DNA of 64,000 nt, taken from Naegleria gruberi (taxonomy: Eukaryota). The notes below the pieces were generated by a model, which made no database searches, was not told where the DNA came from, and saw only the letters and a program-made list of their open reading frames with translations. The stretch lies in the NCBI GenBank assembly GCA_000004985.1, contig GG738868.1. One strand, 5' to 3'. This document shows, piece after piece, positions 30,701 through 42,221 of the stretch (the first letter of the stretch is position 1; each line of letters begins with the position of its first letter). The position numbers and the translations under genes were made by a program.

Positions 30701-31954
30701 TTATTTACTTTTATTCTTTGGTGGAGATTTTCTGGAGTGGATACTAAAGAAGAAGACACCTTGGAAACTCAAAATTATTCCTATCCATCCGAAGAGACTG
30801 AATGAGACTCCGAAAAAAGCAAAGCTAATGAGCAGGGTTAATAATTTGTAGGTGGTATTTGCAATGGATATGGAAGTGTTAGATGTCAATCGAAGAAGGA
30901 AAAAATAAGATAATCCAATGAAGAAACCAAAAGCAGAGGTCATTAAAAGTGAAAACCAAATGAATGGAGAGTTCAATAGTTGAAAAGAGTTTGTTATGGA
31001 CAACATGTCATCTTTAACCATGAGAATTATCATCAGCAATGGAATTGACAAGAGATTTCTTGTGAAATTCATTCCAGCAGGAGTTTGACCTTGAAGATAA
31101 TTGTACAACAACCGTTTTTCAATCATTGGAATAGCCACAGAGCAACAAGTATTGAGAATAATCCAATGAAATCCTTGCCAATCAAGACTAAAGTCATAAA
31201 TACTGTAAAATACTCCTCCAAGGAATATTGATATTAGAGAACTAACAACTTGGAAATCTATGGAATATCCAAAAACTGTCATATCCAGAATGGCAGTTAT
31301 CATGGGCACTAAATTTCTAATAATTGTGAACAAACTCACACTTGTCAACCTTAAACCTTCCAGAGATGTCCATGTCAACAAAACAAAGAACATGCTAGAG
31401 GGTAACTGATAGGCGAAATCTCTCCACATTGGATATTTGAATGGGAAAACCCCAACATGATTGAATATCACAAAGAATAAGAGTGAAACTACATTCTGAA
31501 TCATAATGACAAGTAGAGGTGATGAAAAGTTCATTGACAAGTACTTGTTAGCAAGTGTTAGTGTGATTGAGCAAGTTCCTTGAACAACCATCCAGAACCA
31601 TGCCTTTGAGAAGAGCGAATCATTTTTCACAAGCATTAAGGGTATAATATTTGATGAGTGTTCCTCTCGTTTTGAAGTATAATCTTTAACAAAATCTGTA
31701 TCCGATATGTAATGACCATTTTCATTCACTAAAGAATAATCAGATGCGTCATGTGATGATTGAATATTTAATTGTATCATGGCCATTCTTTTCACACTTT
31801 CAAAATCACTAATTCCAATCTCGGAATCGATCACAATACATTCTCCGTACAGTGTTTTAATTTCAAATTGAAAATAATCTAATAAATTATTTCGATGATC
31901 CAAATCTATTAAGGTTGATGATCTGATCTCTTTTGACCCTTGGTGTGGAATCAT
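30701..31954 (-). CDS. Multi-pass membrane protein, DMT superfamily (nucleotide-sugar/triose-phosphate transporter-like)
   Basis: A ~110-aa hydrophilic N-terminus is followed by ~10 hydrophobic helices in two halves (..FFVIFNHVGVFPF..LVPMITAILDMTVFG..ISIANTTYKLLTLLISFAFFG..). The pattern is typical of NST/TPT carriers. The assignment rests on topology and weak motif resemblance only. Confidence 0.45.
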   Translation of the reverse strand: MIPHQGSKEIRSSTLIDLDHRNNLLDYFQFEIKTLYGECIVIDSEIGISDFESVKRMAMIQLNIQSSHDASDYSLVNENGHYISDTDFVKDYTSKREEHSSNIIPLMLVKNDSLFSKAWFWMVVQGTCSITLTLANKYLSMNFSSPLLVIMIQNVVSLLFFVIFNHVGVFPFKYPMWRDFAYQLPSSMFFVLLTWTSLEGLRLTSVSLFTIIRNLVPMITAILDMTVFGYSIDFQVVSSLISIFLGGVFYSIYDFSLDWQGFHWIILNTCCSVAIPMIEKRLLYNYLQGQTPAGMNFTRNLLSIPLLMIILMVKDDMLSITNSFQLLNSPFIWFSLLMTSAFGFFIGLSYFFLLRLTSNTSISIANTTYKLLTLLISFAFFGVSFSLFGWIGIILSFQGVFFFSIHSRKSPPKNKSK

Positions 31955-32271
31955 TTTTTAGGTGTGAAGATATCATCTAATAGAACAGATATCGCCAAAG
32001 AACAGAACTATTATACTGAGAAAAAAGCTCCTTTATTTGGATTGTTCTGCACTGCTACTAGAGGAGGAAGGGTTAGTAGTTGAGTTTTCAGAATTAATGG
32101 ATTGTTTATAATATTTGGCATCAATGTATTGTTTATCTTGATATTGAATAAGCATATTCTTAATATTGCGTGGAACGTCAATACTTCTCTGAACATTTGA
32201 TTCGGTATCATTAGCAAATGGATGAACTACATCAATGATCTATTTAATTCAATGAGTAAATTTCACATTTC

Positions 32272-32946
32272 TTAAAGACTTACCTCATCTGTCGTTTTCC
32301 AATTTTTGTACACTGAATTATACCACATTGTCAATTTCACACTCCAAAGTAATGTAATTCCTCCAAGTAATAGTACAACCAATTTCCAAGGACTCTTCTT
32401 CTGTTTCTTCAAATCAACAAACATGTGTTCATGATTTCTCTTCATATGCTCAAAGTTTTCCACCTTTTTCTTCTTCATCATTTCCATAAATCGTTGTTTA
32501 TCCTCCTCACTCAAATTTACAGTCCTCACTCGTTGTCTCTTATTACCAAATAATTTAGAATAGTCATCTTGTTTGAATTGTTCTTCCAATCGGAAGGCTT
32601 CCTCATCTTGTTGAATTTCAAAATCATATTCTGCTCTTTTAGCTGGATCGGAAAGAACCTTATAGGCTTCGTTTAATTGTCTGAATAATTCCTGATCACC
32701 TCCATTCCTATTATCTGGATGATATTGTTTTGCTAAGCCAACAAAGGCTGTTTTAATTTCTTTCAGTGAAGCCTTTCGGGAAAGTTTTAATATTTGATAT
32801 AAATTATTGGGAACTCTTCCAAAGGTATCTCTTGGAAGTGATGATCCGGATTGGGTATTTAATAATATTCTGTTCAATTTAAATAATAACATTTTGCAAG
32901 TATAGTATATGTTTACAATTATTTGAATTGATAATATATTCTTCAA
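32272..32946 (-). CDS. DnaJ (J-domain) protein with C-terminal transmembrane segment
   Basis: J domain [58 protein letters not shown] with the HPD motif. C-terminal hydrophobic helix [17 protein letters not shown]. The start may be the internal Met at about 32892. Confidence 0.75.
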   Translation of the reverse strand: MKNILSIQIIVNIYYTCKMLLFKLNRILLNTQSGSSLPRDTFGRVPNNLYQILKLSRKASLKEIKTAFVGLAKQYHPDNRNGGDQELFRQLNEAYKVLSDPAKRAEYDFEIQQDEEAFRLEEQFKQDDYSKLFGNKRQRVRTVNLSEEDKQRFMEMMKKKKVENFEHMKRNHEHMFVDLKKQKKSPWKLVVLLLGGITLLWSVKLTMWYNSVYKNWKTTDEVSL

Positions 32947-33206
32947 TATTTAATATCGGTTTGGATTAATGATTTTGAGGAGTATTTAAAACAGTTTAAA
33001 ACATCTGTGTGATGATTTCGCTTTTTTTGTGATTGAATTATCTGCTGCTAATTGCATTCAATTTCGGCCCGACTTGATTTTCAGTTAATTTGAAGGTTTT
33101 ACAATGGAGAGATTTGAGCTCCATGGAAAACAATAAAACATTAAAACATATCCAATTTCAATTATAGTGCACTTGAGTTTTTCATGATAATCTTTATATT
33201 TGAAAA

Positions 33207-34331
33207 TTAGATCATCATTGAAGTCTTTTTCAATTTGATTTCGACCCACTTGAGAAGAGGATGTGAATTGACACCAGTTTCTTCCATTAATTTCTGAATG
33301 AGTTCGAGGGCAGTTTGATATTGCTTGTGTGCCTCGGCAGCTCTATTATTTACAAGATGTAAATCTCCAATTTTGGCATTGGCAATAATGGAGCTCTCTA
33401 AATTATTTGAGTGTTCAGTAAGAATTCTTTGATAAATTTCCATGGCAGTATCATAATTCTTTAGTTTGTACAAGTGAACATCTCCCAATTTGATTATCGT
33501 CACTGCTAGCGCATCCATAATTTCCCTGTCAAATGTTTGATATTTGGCAACATCCTCCATCATGGATACAGTTTCTTTAAGCATATTCTTCACTTTTTCC
33601 AAGTCCACTGAATGATTTTGGTAAATATCACTTAATTTTCCAGAAATTCCACAAAACATAACAGCCAGTCCAGCAGAAATATTCGATTCGGATAAACTCT
33701 TGAAGCAAATTTCCTTCAATGCAATTTCTCTTGCCTTCTCCATCCAATTCATATCACAATACTTGTTCAATAAATATTCCTGTTGAGCTAAATTAATATA
33801 GTGTTCAATCTTTTTAATTTTAAACTCTTCCTCCGAATAGGTTGAAATATTTGGATCATTTCTCTCAAATAATATTTCAACGTAACTATCAGTCAAGTGT
33901 TGTTTGAACGAATCACTCTCATATCCATCCTTTTCCTCAACAAACATTTTAAAACAGAATTTACACACTGACTCATTCTTTGAAGACATACAGCCAACCA
34001 AATAGGCATTGCATCGAGAACATTTAAAATCGGAAGCCTTCAAACTTCTATCATTATTATTTGAAGTAGCTTGATAAGGACATTTCAAAGCAGAAGATGA
34101 AGAACCCTCTTCAGATGATGAGCCTTCCTCTCCTTTCATCACTGGACATTGACCAATAGTTGGAATTAAATCCTGATGATGAGAAGGAAGCTTTGATGGA
34201 GTGGCCATCATTTCCTTCACTAATTTCTCCTGTTCTTCCGGATCTAAATGAGCAATGTGAGGACATTTCTTGATCAATTCCGATAATTCAACATTGTGAG
34301 TGGCGATTGGGTTCTCTGGTTCTGAGTACAT
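33207..34331 (-). CDS. Hypothetical protein with Cys-rich middle region and TPR-like C-terminal helices
   Basis: The ORF-track start (34406) is upstream of the likely ATG (MYSEPENPIATHN, 34331). The C-terminal third shows TPR-like periodicity (AMEIYQRILTEHSNNLESSIIANAKIGDLHLVNNRAAEAHKQYQTALEL). Confidence 0.4.
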   Translation of the reverse strand: MYSEPENPIATHNVELSELIKKCPHIAHLDPEEQEKLVKEMMATPSKLPSHHQDLIPTIGQCPVMKGEEGSSSEEGSSSSALKCPYQATSNNNDRSLKASDFKCSRCNAYLVGCMSSKNESVCKFCFKMFVEEKDGYESDSFKQHLTDSYVEILFERNDPNISTYSEEEFKIKKIEHYINLAQQEYLLNKYCDMNWMEKAREIALKEICFKSLSESNISAGLAVMFCGISGKLSDIYQNHSVDLEKVKNMLKETVSMMEDVAKYQTFDREIMDALAVTIIKLGDVHLYKLKNYDTAMEIYQRILTEHSNNLESSIIANAKIGDLHLVNNRAAEAHKQYQTALELIQKLMEETGVNSHPLLKWVEIKLKKTSMMI

Positions 34332-34395
34332 TTTTTTTACTTTAAATTCCGATAATATCTTTACAACATGATGATTCACAAGAATGATTAATATT

Positions 34396-35734
34396 TTACA
34401 CTCCAATATTTACATTTATTAAATCTTTTAAGGCAGCAATAGATTGATCATTATAAGATTGTCTTGATAATGAATTAACTGTTGGTAGGGAGCCACTGCT
34501 CTTTGGTCTCATTTCTTGATTCGAATTGGTATTTACATTAGATTTCATCATTCTTGCACATTGTCCAATCATGCTCAAACTCGATTGACTATTATTTACA
34601 GAACTAAGTGAATTAGCACCAAATCTATTCGAAGAGGATGAATAATTCGAAGGTGTTAAACTAGTTGGTGCACTTGGCATATCATCATCTTCATACATTC
34701 CACAACCATTCGAATAGTAGCTACTCATTCCACCACCAACAACAGCTCCACCACCATTCACAGTAAACGATGAATAATAATGACTCTGATTATACATCAT
34801 TGAATCAAACATGATATCATCATCACACGTTCCCATCAAACTTAATCTTCTAAAACTACTCGATTGTTCCTCAAAATCTGCAGAATTAGTACTATTATTA
34901 TCATTTTCATTATTTGGCATTGATGCTTCATCATCAAAATGTCCAATCACTTCAGAACAACAATCATCAGAACATTCACTCGTTCCCATCTCCTCATGAA
35001 ATGTACAACTAGCAGCAGATGTGGCCGTATTAAAAGTAGTTGCTGCCGATGATGAATGATTATTATTCACATCACGATTATGATTATAATAGGTTGGTGT
35101 AGCAGAGACTGCTCTTCCTCTCTCCATCGCCATCTGATCATTTTTCTTCTTACGTGGACTCTTTCCTCTCTGTTCCATAGTTGTTGTACTCATCACATGC
35201 TGCTGATGATTTGTCGTTGTTGGTTGTTGCAATGATTGTCTTGTTGGTTGTTGTTGCGTATTTTCCTTGTTCTTATTCCCGCGCTTTTTTAAAATATTCG
35301 TAATTTTGACCTTCTTCTTATGATGATGCGAATGATTGGTGATGATGAGAATGATGATGAGGAATCATCTTTGATTGACTCGATATATGTGTATTGTTAT
35401 TGTTGGTGTTATGTTTGGTATTGTTGTTATTGTTGTGTGATGGTGTTGTTGGTGCAGAAACGACAACGAACATTTCATTGACAGGTAGAATGATATCCCT
35501 ACCATTGATATTGTTGGAGTGATGATTATTATGACCAAATAAAAGACCAGTTGATATTGATTTGTGTTGTTTGTGTTGTTTGGAAGGAGAAGTGAGGTTT
35601 TTGGCATCTGACAGGTTGCTGCTGTTGAGAGGTTGTTGGAAGAGAGAGTATTCTGGTGAGCCGGCTATGGATTCTGGTCGAGAGTTACCAGCTGCTGACC
35701 TATGGTTCTTTCTTGCTGAATTAGTGTTACCCAT
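34396..35734 (-). CDS. S/N/H-rich low-complexity protein with N-myristoylation consensus (MGNTNSA); frame discontinuity near 35320-35345
   Basis: ORF 35318..35734 starts MGNTNSARK (Gly2, Ser6) and ends HHHSHHHQSFASS*. ORF 34396..35232 is open upstream to a TGA just inside the first ORF. The two frames can only be joined by a 1-nt shift inside the CAT/CAC repeat. No intron-sized gap exists. Single gene with a frameshift, either real or an assembly error. Confidence 0.45.
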
Positions 35735-36573
35735 TTCGAAAGTAGACGAAAGTAATAGAAAGGCAGTTAATTGGTTAATCAGTTGAATTCAATCAACCTG
35801 GGTATATTTGAAAATGTTGGTATGCAGATATTAATAACCTGTGCTTAGAATCTGGTAGTTGCCAGTTGTCAGAACTTGATTTTAATCTTTTTTTTTGTGA
35901 GGATTAAATGTGATGGGAGATTCTCCCATTCTCCAAATTTCGAGTAGAGTGCACATGTGTGGATGCTGGGGCCCTAGTGTAAAGGATAGATGACGGTAAC
36001 GAAAATAAACAAACCATTTTAAACCAACATTAGTCAGATTCTGCAAATACACATTAGGATAACGTTTCGAATAATATATCTTTTGAATGGACTCTTCATC
36101 CTATTGGTTGGTTGTGACTTTTGTTACAATGAGAATACACTGCCAGATGTTGTCTATTGTGTTCAATTCGAATAATTGTAATTTATAAGATGATGTAATA
36201 TTAGAATGGATGAACAACATTTTTTAAAAAGGCAGCTGCTGGATAAATAGGATGTTCCTGTATTGGTGTTGAGTTGCTTCCTATTCCATACAAACAGTTA
36301 TCACTATGTACAGAACTAGTTCTCCATTCTAAAACCCAAAGAAGAAGTTAACTAACAACTGTGTGAAGATTCTCACTGACTAGTCACGATTCCATAGTTT
36401 CATCTCCTTTCAACATCGTATTGTGTTATTCCTCATCAAAATATTTGAATTATCTCTTGCTTAAAAATCATGTTTGTAATCAAATTCGATTCTCTCTGTT
36501 GATTCCTCCCTCACTCAGTTGACATCAAAGAGTCATTTTATTGGAATAATGAGAATCAATGATATGTTTTTAT

Positions 36574-37587
36574 TTACAGAGCTGATCTAATAAATCTATG
36601 AAATTGAGGTGTATCTAAACCATCTTCATCTTTACAAGGGAGAATATGTTTATCATTGTGGGTTAATATAAGTGATGTTTCTCTGCAAAAACAATCTTCA
36701 GCAAAATTCTGAGAGTCAACTGGTTTTACAATGTCATCTTGTAAACCAATGAGGTGAATATTTACAAAACATGGAGCAATTTTGAGACCTCTCATGAGTA
36801 ATACATTCAAAAGTTCTGAGACTTGTATCGATGAAGGTCTGAAAGCTCCAATCAAAATTATAAACTTTAAATTACACTTCTTATTTCCATTCTCATCAAG
36901 ATTAAAGAAAACTTTTCTAATTCCCTCGATAATATCATCAAAGTTGGTTTCGTCTGGATCCTCCCCTGACTTTTCAAATAATGAAGGTGGTAAATTATCT
37001 CTATTCAATAATCCATAAAATTCGAGGGATATTAAGGTTGACAGAATTGAGGTGATCATTCCTCCCTGTGAGAATCCTAATAGACCTTCAATGATATGTC
37101 CTTCTCTCCTTCGTTTTCCAATGAATCTAATCAAATAATTCATACATTGTCTCCATCCGTGATGAACTTTCCCTCCATCTCGTCCTAATCCCCAACTTCT
37201 GAAACATTCTTTTGGTTTCTTATTGACCTCCGAAGATGTTCCCATGACAATACTTGCTACCTTAGTATTGGGTGGAATGTCAGCTACAAAAGGTGCATTT
37301 GGATAAACAAAGTTTTGAATTGGTAAATTTCCTCTCTCAAAATGATACTTTCTAAATTCCAAAGTCTTTCTCTCAAATACTTGTGCATTTTGAAGCCAAC
37401 CATGAATCATGACAAGTGTTCTCTTCTCCTCAAAGGTTGATGTTGAAGAGGATGATGTGGCTAATAATTTTGAGGGATGTAATCCATGTTGTTTCATTTC
37501 CGATTCATTCAAATTACTAGTGTGAAAGAGCATCGGCGAGGATGTTCCAACCATTTGCTGTACATTGTGGTGTTGATGTTTCGACAT
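36574..37587 (-). CDS. FSH1/OVCA2-family serine hydrolase (alpha/beta hydrolase)
   Basis: Family-typical blocks: LVMIHGWLQNAQVF, nucleophile elbow GLLGFSQGG, C-terminal ..HLIGLQDDIV..H. Single exon. Confidence 0.65.
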   Translation of the reverse strand: MSKHQHHNVQQMVGTSSPMLFHTSNLNESEMKQHGLHPSKLLATSSSSTSTFEEKRTLVMIHGWLQNAQVFERKTLEFRKYHFERGNLPIQNFVYPNAPFVADIPPNTKVASIVMGTSSEVNKKPKECFRSWGLGRDGGKVHHGWRQCMNYLIRFIGKRRREGHIIEGLLGFSQGGMITSILSTLISLEFYGLLNRDNLPPSLFEKSGEDPDETNFDDIIEGIRKVFFNLDENGNKKCNLKFIILIGAFRPSSIQVSELLNVLLMRGLKIAPCFVNIHLIGLQDDIVKPVDSQNFAEDCFCRETSLILTHNDKHILPCKDEDGLDTPQFHRFIRSAL

Positions 37588-37866
37588 TTTTTTGTCCTTG
37601 AAAAAAACGAACCATTTGTGTGCGAAATTCTATTAATGTACCAAGTTTGAGGAAATGAGCGAGGAAAAAAAATGATGGCGCTCAATAAATTTTTCAGGTG
37701 ATTTTCAAGTTTTTTCCTGTTTTCATCACAATAGATTTAGGAAGAATTGGATATTATTTTAGTGGTAAGGTGGATAAAGCGCGAATTTTCATAGAACTGA
37801 GAAGAATTGGATTGAAATTCAATAAATTGGTTTTAATAAGGTTGTAAAAAATCTAATGGAGTTCCT

Positions 37867-40380
37867 TTATTTAAAGAGTTTGCTGGAAATATTGTTCAAT
37901 TCTTGAATTTGAGAGTTGAGCTGTTGTATCAGAGATGGATCCTTGTCTTTTTGTTGGAGGAGATCATTCATACTCTTGTTTACTTCTGCCAATTGATCAA
38001 CAATGCTAACAGTCTGAATAGATTTGATATTAGATTTAAGTTTTTGCACTTCAGATTGAAAGGAAACAACTGCAATCTTCTTATTCTTTGAAATTTCAAA
38101 TTTAGAATTTTGTAAATCGACCATACTATTGTCTGTTAATTTTGAAAAAGCTCTCACTTTGCCCTCCTCATCTTTTCCAGAAAGTAGGTGTTCTACAAAT
38201 TCAATAAATTCAGCACCAAGTATATTCGAAGCCATTTCACTGTGTTCCGACCTTTGCAAGTAGATGGACAATAGTGATTTGGAAACAATTGTTTGAACTG
38301 AGAGATTGTCGCTTTCAATTGCTAATTTGAAAAATTGTTGCAATGTTTGTGTGAATTCATCAGACAACTTATTTCTTGTAATTGACTCTACCAGGCTACA
38401 AATGCAAACTTTGATTCTATCTGATCTAGCCCAGCAAATCTGTTTCAAATTATTCAAAATATCATTTAAAAAGTTGAAATCTGAGCCAATTTCTGGCATT
38501 GAAACTTGGTCCCTTAAACAAAGAATGGCCTCTTCTAAATATTTATCCGAAACTGTTGATTGGAGCTTATTGGTAAGAATAATGGTTATCATCTTTTTAC
38601 AGGATTCTGCAGGTAATTTCCCTTGTTGAGTAACATTTTTCAGCAATATAACAAGTGCTATAGAGAATGGATCATCATTTCTATCTTTCAACTTGTTGAT
38701 TATTGAGGTGATGCATTTCCTCAGCTCAACTACACGAATGGAACAAGGAAGAATTGCAAGTTGAGATATACCTTCTTCTGATAAAATGTCTGTAAAGTTA
38801 GTGACCTGTTTGTGATCCTTGATATCCATTTTACCTAGTAGTGGCCTTAATATTTTTTCAACAACCATCCACTCGACATTTTCACCCTGTTGTGAATTGG
38901 ATAGTCTCAACTCTTGTGGTGCCAAAAACAAATTATGAGAGATGACACCAATCAATTCCTTCAAATAGTCTAAATAAGGTTGTTGGGATCCAGAGTTGTT
39001 GTTAAACAGTGTAGCAATAATATCTATACAAAATTCTCTGGCAATATCATTATTCGAAACATCAAAAAGTTCTTTCCATAATGTTACTTGAATATCTGAC
39101 AATAATTGAGAATCCTTATTCTTTACAATAGCAGAAAGAGTGTTTTGAAGAATGGTTTGATACAAGGAAATTGAATCTGAAATATCCAGCATTAATATAC
39201 TATCACAATATCGGATTTGCTTAATTACATTTTCTATATATTTTCCATATTTCTTGTCAGAATTAATTAGGAATGAAAACAAGTATGTCTTGGCAGCAGC
39301 ATTCAAATAATCTGGAGATGCAGGCTTGATTGATAAATAGGCTTCAAGAGAAGTATTTTGAAATGGTATTAAGAGGAATAGTTCTACTGTTTTGTTCAAC
39401 ATTTGTTGAACTACTTCGCTTCTTCTTGGCATTAAGAGCATTCTTGTAACTGAGTTTGAAAGGGATTCCAAAATCAATTCTTTTTGCCCTGATAAATAGT
39501 CTATATATGCAGTGGCTACGGCAGATAGTAGAGTAATTCCTTTTCTTACATTTGATTTCTTCTTTAGACTTTCACAAATTTCAACAATTACAAATTTCAA
39601 AACATCCATAATTGTTTCGGATTGCTTTCTTTTAGATTCGGTATAGTGTTGAATTGCCATAACACAAGAGGGAATACCTGTAAATAAGTGAATAAACACA
39701 TTTTGAATATTGTCATTGCTGAAAGAGTGATTGAACAATCCTCTACACATTAAAAGATATTGCATCATGAAATTGTCATCAATATTCTCAAAACTACTAT
39801 CAGAAAATAATGTACATAATGAATCCATATATAAAGTAAAGCATGCTTCTACTTCTGCTTGAATGTCTTCCGATGATGATGATTCGTTTTTTATCAATCC
39901 CATTCCTTCAAAAAAATCAATCATCATTTGATGAATTTCATAAGCGTGTACAATTGAACGAAAGTGTTTACCTTCTTTTGCAATTCTAGTAAAGACAGCC
40001 AAGAAGGATCGGAGTACTCGGAAAGCCTTTACACTTTTTTCAGCTTTGCAAAATTCAACACAAATTGCCAAGCCTTTAGTAACTTCCATAAAGTCAAATA
40101 TATCATCAATACTTGAACAATTAGAAAAAGATTTGTACATTGATGTAAAACAAATCAGAGAAATTAATGAAAATCCATAAGAAAGTGATGTTTTGGCTTC
40201 ATCATCACAAACCTGTTCCGATCTACTATAATATTGGTCCAATGCATACATGTAGGCTTGTTTAATTTGTTCCAAACCATTCTCTGGATGAGCCAGCCTT
40301 TTTCTATTTTCCACATCAGAAGGATCACTCAGTACGCTATCCACAATTTGATACAATTCTTGTTCTGTGAGTGCACTCAT
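37867..40380 (-). CDS. Large all-helical (ARM/HEAT-like) hypothetical protein, 837 aa
   Basis: The ORF-track start 40452 is GTG. The first ATG (MSALTEQELYQIVD) is at 40380. No family motif recognised. Start codon lies 87 bp from the divergent POC1 start. Confidence 0.5.
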   Translation of the reverse strand: MSALTEQELYQIVDSVLSDPSDVENRKRLAHPENGLEQIKQAYMYALDQYYSRSEQVCDDEAKTSLSYGFSLISLICFTSMYKSFSNCSSIDDIFDFMEVTKGLAICVEFCKAEKSVKAFRVLRSFLAVFTRIAKEGKHFRSIVHAYEIHQMMIDFFEGMGLIKNESSSSEDIQAEVEACFTLYMDSLCTLFSDSSFENIDDNFMMQYLLMCRGLFNHSFSNDNIQNVFIHLFTGIPSCVMAIQHYTESKRKQSETIMDVLKFVIVEICESLKKKSNVRKGITLLSAVATAYIDYLSGQKELILESLSNSVTRMLLMPRRSEVVQQMLNKTVELFLLIPFQNTSLEAYLSIKPASPDYLNAAAKTYLFSFLINSDKKYGKYIENVIKQIRYCDSILMLDISDSISLYQTILQNTLSAIVKNKDSQLLSDIQVTLWKELFDVSNNDIAREFCIDIIATLFNNNSGSQQPYLDYLKELIGVISHNLFLAPQELRLSNSQQGENVEWMVVEKILRPLLGKMDIKDHKQVTNFTDILSEEGISQLAILPCSIRVVELRKCITSIINKLKDRNDDPFSIALVILLKNVTQQGKLPAESCKKMITIILTNKLQSTVSDKYLEEAILCLRDQVSMPEIGSDFNFLNDILNNLKQICWARSDRIKVCICSLVESITRNKLSDEFTQTLQQFFKLAIESDNLSVQTIVSKSLLSIYLQRSEHSEMASNILGAEFIEFVEHLLSGKDEEGKVRAFSKLTDNSMVDLQNSKFEISKNKKIAVVSFQSEVQKLKSNIKSIQTVSIVDQLAEVNKSMNDLLQQKDKDPSLIQQLNSQIQELNNISSKLFK

Positions 40381-40467
40381 TTTTTTTCCTTGTTTTTTAA
40401 GAACTTCTTGTTGGTGTTGTAACTTGTTTTTGGCGCCATATTTTTGCGCCACTCCAATACAAAAAAA

Positions 40468-42122
40468 ATGAGTGCATTTACATCACAAACTGCAGACGAT
40501 CCAACTCTTGAGAGAACCTACAGAGGTCATCATGGTACAATAACAGCACTTAGTTTCTGTCCAAGTATGAAGCGTATGGCTTCGGTGTCAATGGATTCAA
40601 CATTGTATATTTGGAATTTTAAACCAAACCTTAGATCATACAAATACCAACAACATGAGAAGGGAGGTGTGATGTGTGTCGAATTTTCTCCTCTTACAGG
40701 TAAATTAGTGGCAACTGGTGGTAAAGATAAGACTATTAGACTTTGGCAACCAACTATTGAAGGAAAATCAACCATCATCAGAGGACATACAAACACTGTG
40801 AGAAGTGTACACTTTTCAATGGATGGAAAACGTTTATTGTCTTCATCCGATGATAAGACAATCAAGGTATGTTATTCAATTATTAATTGAGGCAACTAAG
40901 TGTCACTTTTTTATCAGCTGTGGTCCATTTCAAATCAACAATTTATTCAGGTCTTTTCCGGTCACTCTAACTGGGTAAGAGCAACAGATTTCTCACCTGA
41001 TGAAAGATTGATTGTCAGTGGAAGTGACGATAAAACTGTGAGATTGTGGGATATCAAATCAAACAAATGTATAATGTCTCTTGTGGAACATACTGATAAT
41101 GTTAATGATGTTCATTTTTCTCCTGATGGAAATTGTCTAGTTTCTTGCAGTGTTGATAAAACTGTTAAGGTGTGGGATGTAAGACTTGCAAAGAAACTCC
41201 TCCAACATTTTACAGGACACGAAGATATTGTAAATCAAGTTAGCTATCATCCGAGTGGAAATTATATTATCAGTTGTAGTACAGATCAAACTATGAAGAT
41301 TTGGGATACTAGAGAAGGAAGACTCTTTTATACAATTAGTGGACATGCTGCACCAACTACAGCTGTCACGTTCTCTCCTCTAGGGTAGGTTTCAAACCTT
41401 TCATCTATTATTAATTATTACTATTTTAAAGTGATTACTTTGCAAGTGGTGGCGCTGACAACTTGGCCATGGTTTGGAAGACAAATTTTGATAAATCGCT
41501 TCCAAATTATCTATTTGAGAACAATCTTGCTCCTCCTCAATCTAACATTAATACCTATGCTGGTATTGAAGAGGACCAAATGGCTGATAGATTATTCAGA
41601 AATGTTCAAGAAAGACCTCAAACTGCCCCAACTGCTTCTCAACCAATTCCTTCAAACCTTAGAAGTCCAATCATGAGACAACAACCACAACATGTGCAAC
41701 AACCAATGGAACAATCTTTCAATCAACAATCCATCCTTCACACTCCAAAACAACAACCAAGCACCCCACTAAACACTCATCACAACCATCCACAACCAAC
41801 TCAACATCAACAACAACCTAGGCCACAACCGCAACTCAACAGTCAAAGTACTAACTTCCAATCTGTATACCTCCCTCCTCCAATACAAACTGATAACCTT
41901 CCTCCAACTCTTTCTAATACATTGGAACATATTCTAAGACAATTGGATATCATTACACAAACTGTTAAAGTTATGGAGGATCGTTTAACACTGACGGAAC
42001 ACAAGCTCTCTAAAATTGAAATCAATCAAAAGAAAATTATACAGATGGAATTGGCCAACCAGCTGGCTCATATGAATATTCATACTCCACAATTATCAGA
42101 AATTGATGAAACTAATTTATAA
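40468..42122 (+). CDS. POC1: Centriolar WD40 protein POC1 (7 WD repeats + C-terminal coiled coil), 3 exons
   Basis: Exons 40468..40866, 40918..41384, 41432..42122 (donors GTATGT, GTAGGT). The WD region is colinear with human POC1A/B: DDPTLERTYRGHHGTITALSF.., GKDKTIRLWQP..GKSTIIRGHTNTVRSVHFS..SSSDDKTIK|LWSISNQQF..GHSNWVRATDFSPDERLIVSGSDDKTVRLWD..VSCSVDKTVKVWDVR..YHPSGNYIISCSTDQTMKIWD..GHAAPTTAVTFSPLG|DYFASGGADNLAMVWKTNFD. The C-terminus is Q/P-rich followed by a coiled coil. ORF-track pieces 40444..40890, 40900..41388 and 41463..42122. Confidence 0.8.
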
Positions 42123-42221
42123 AGAAGAGGTGAGAGTCTCTAAGTTTTGTACATATCTCTAAGAATTACTTGCTGTTAACAAAATAAACGTTATAAAATA
42201 CAAATTCCTTAATCTTAAAAA

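Noticed and set aside
35900-35960. GC-richer stretch with short palindrome (atgggagattctcccat) in the 840-bp intergenic region 35735..36573, considered as a possible snRNA or ncRNA
   Set aside because: I found no match to conserved U1/U2/U4/U5/U6 core sequences by eye and no flanking Pol III terminator. It remains just a palindromic promoter-region motif.
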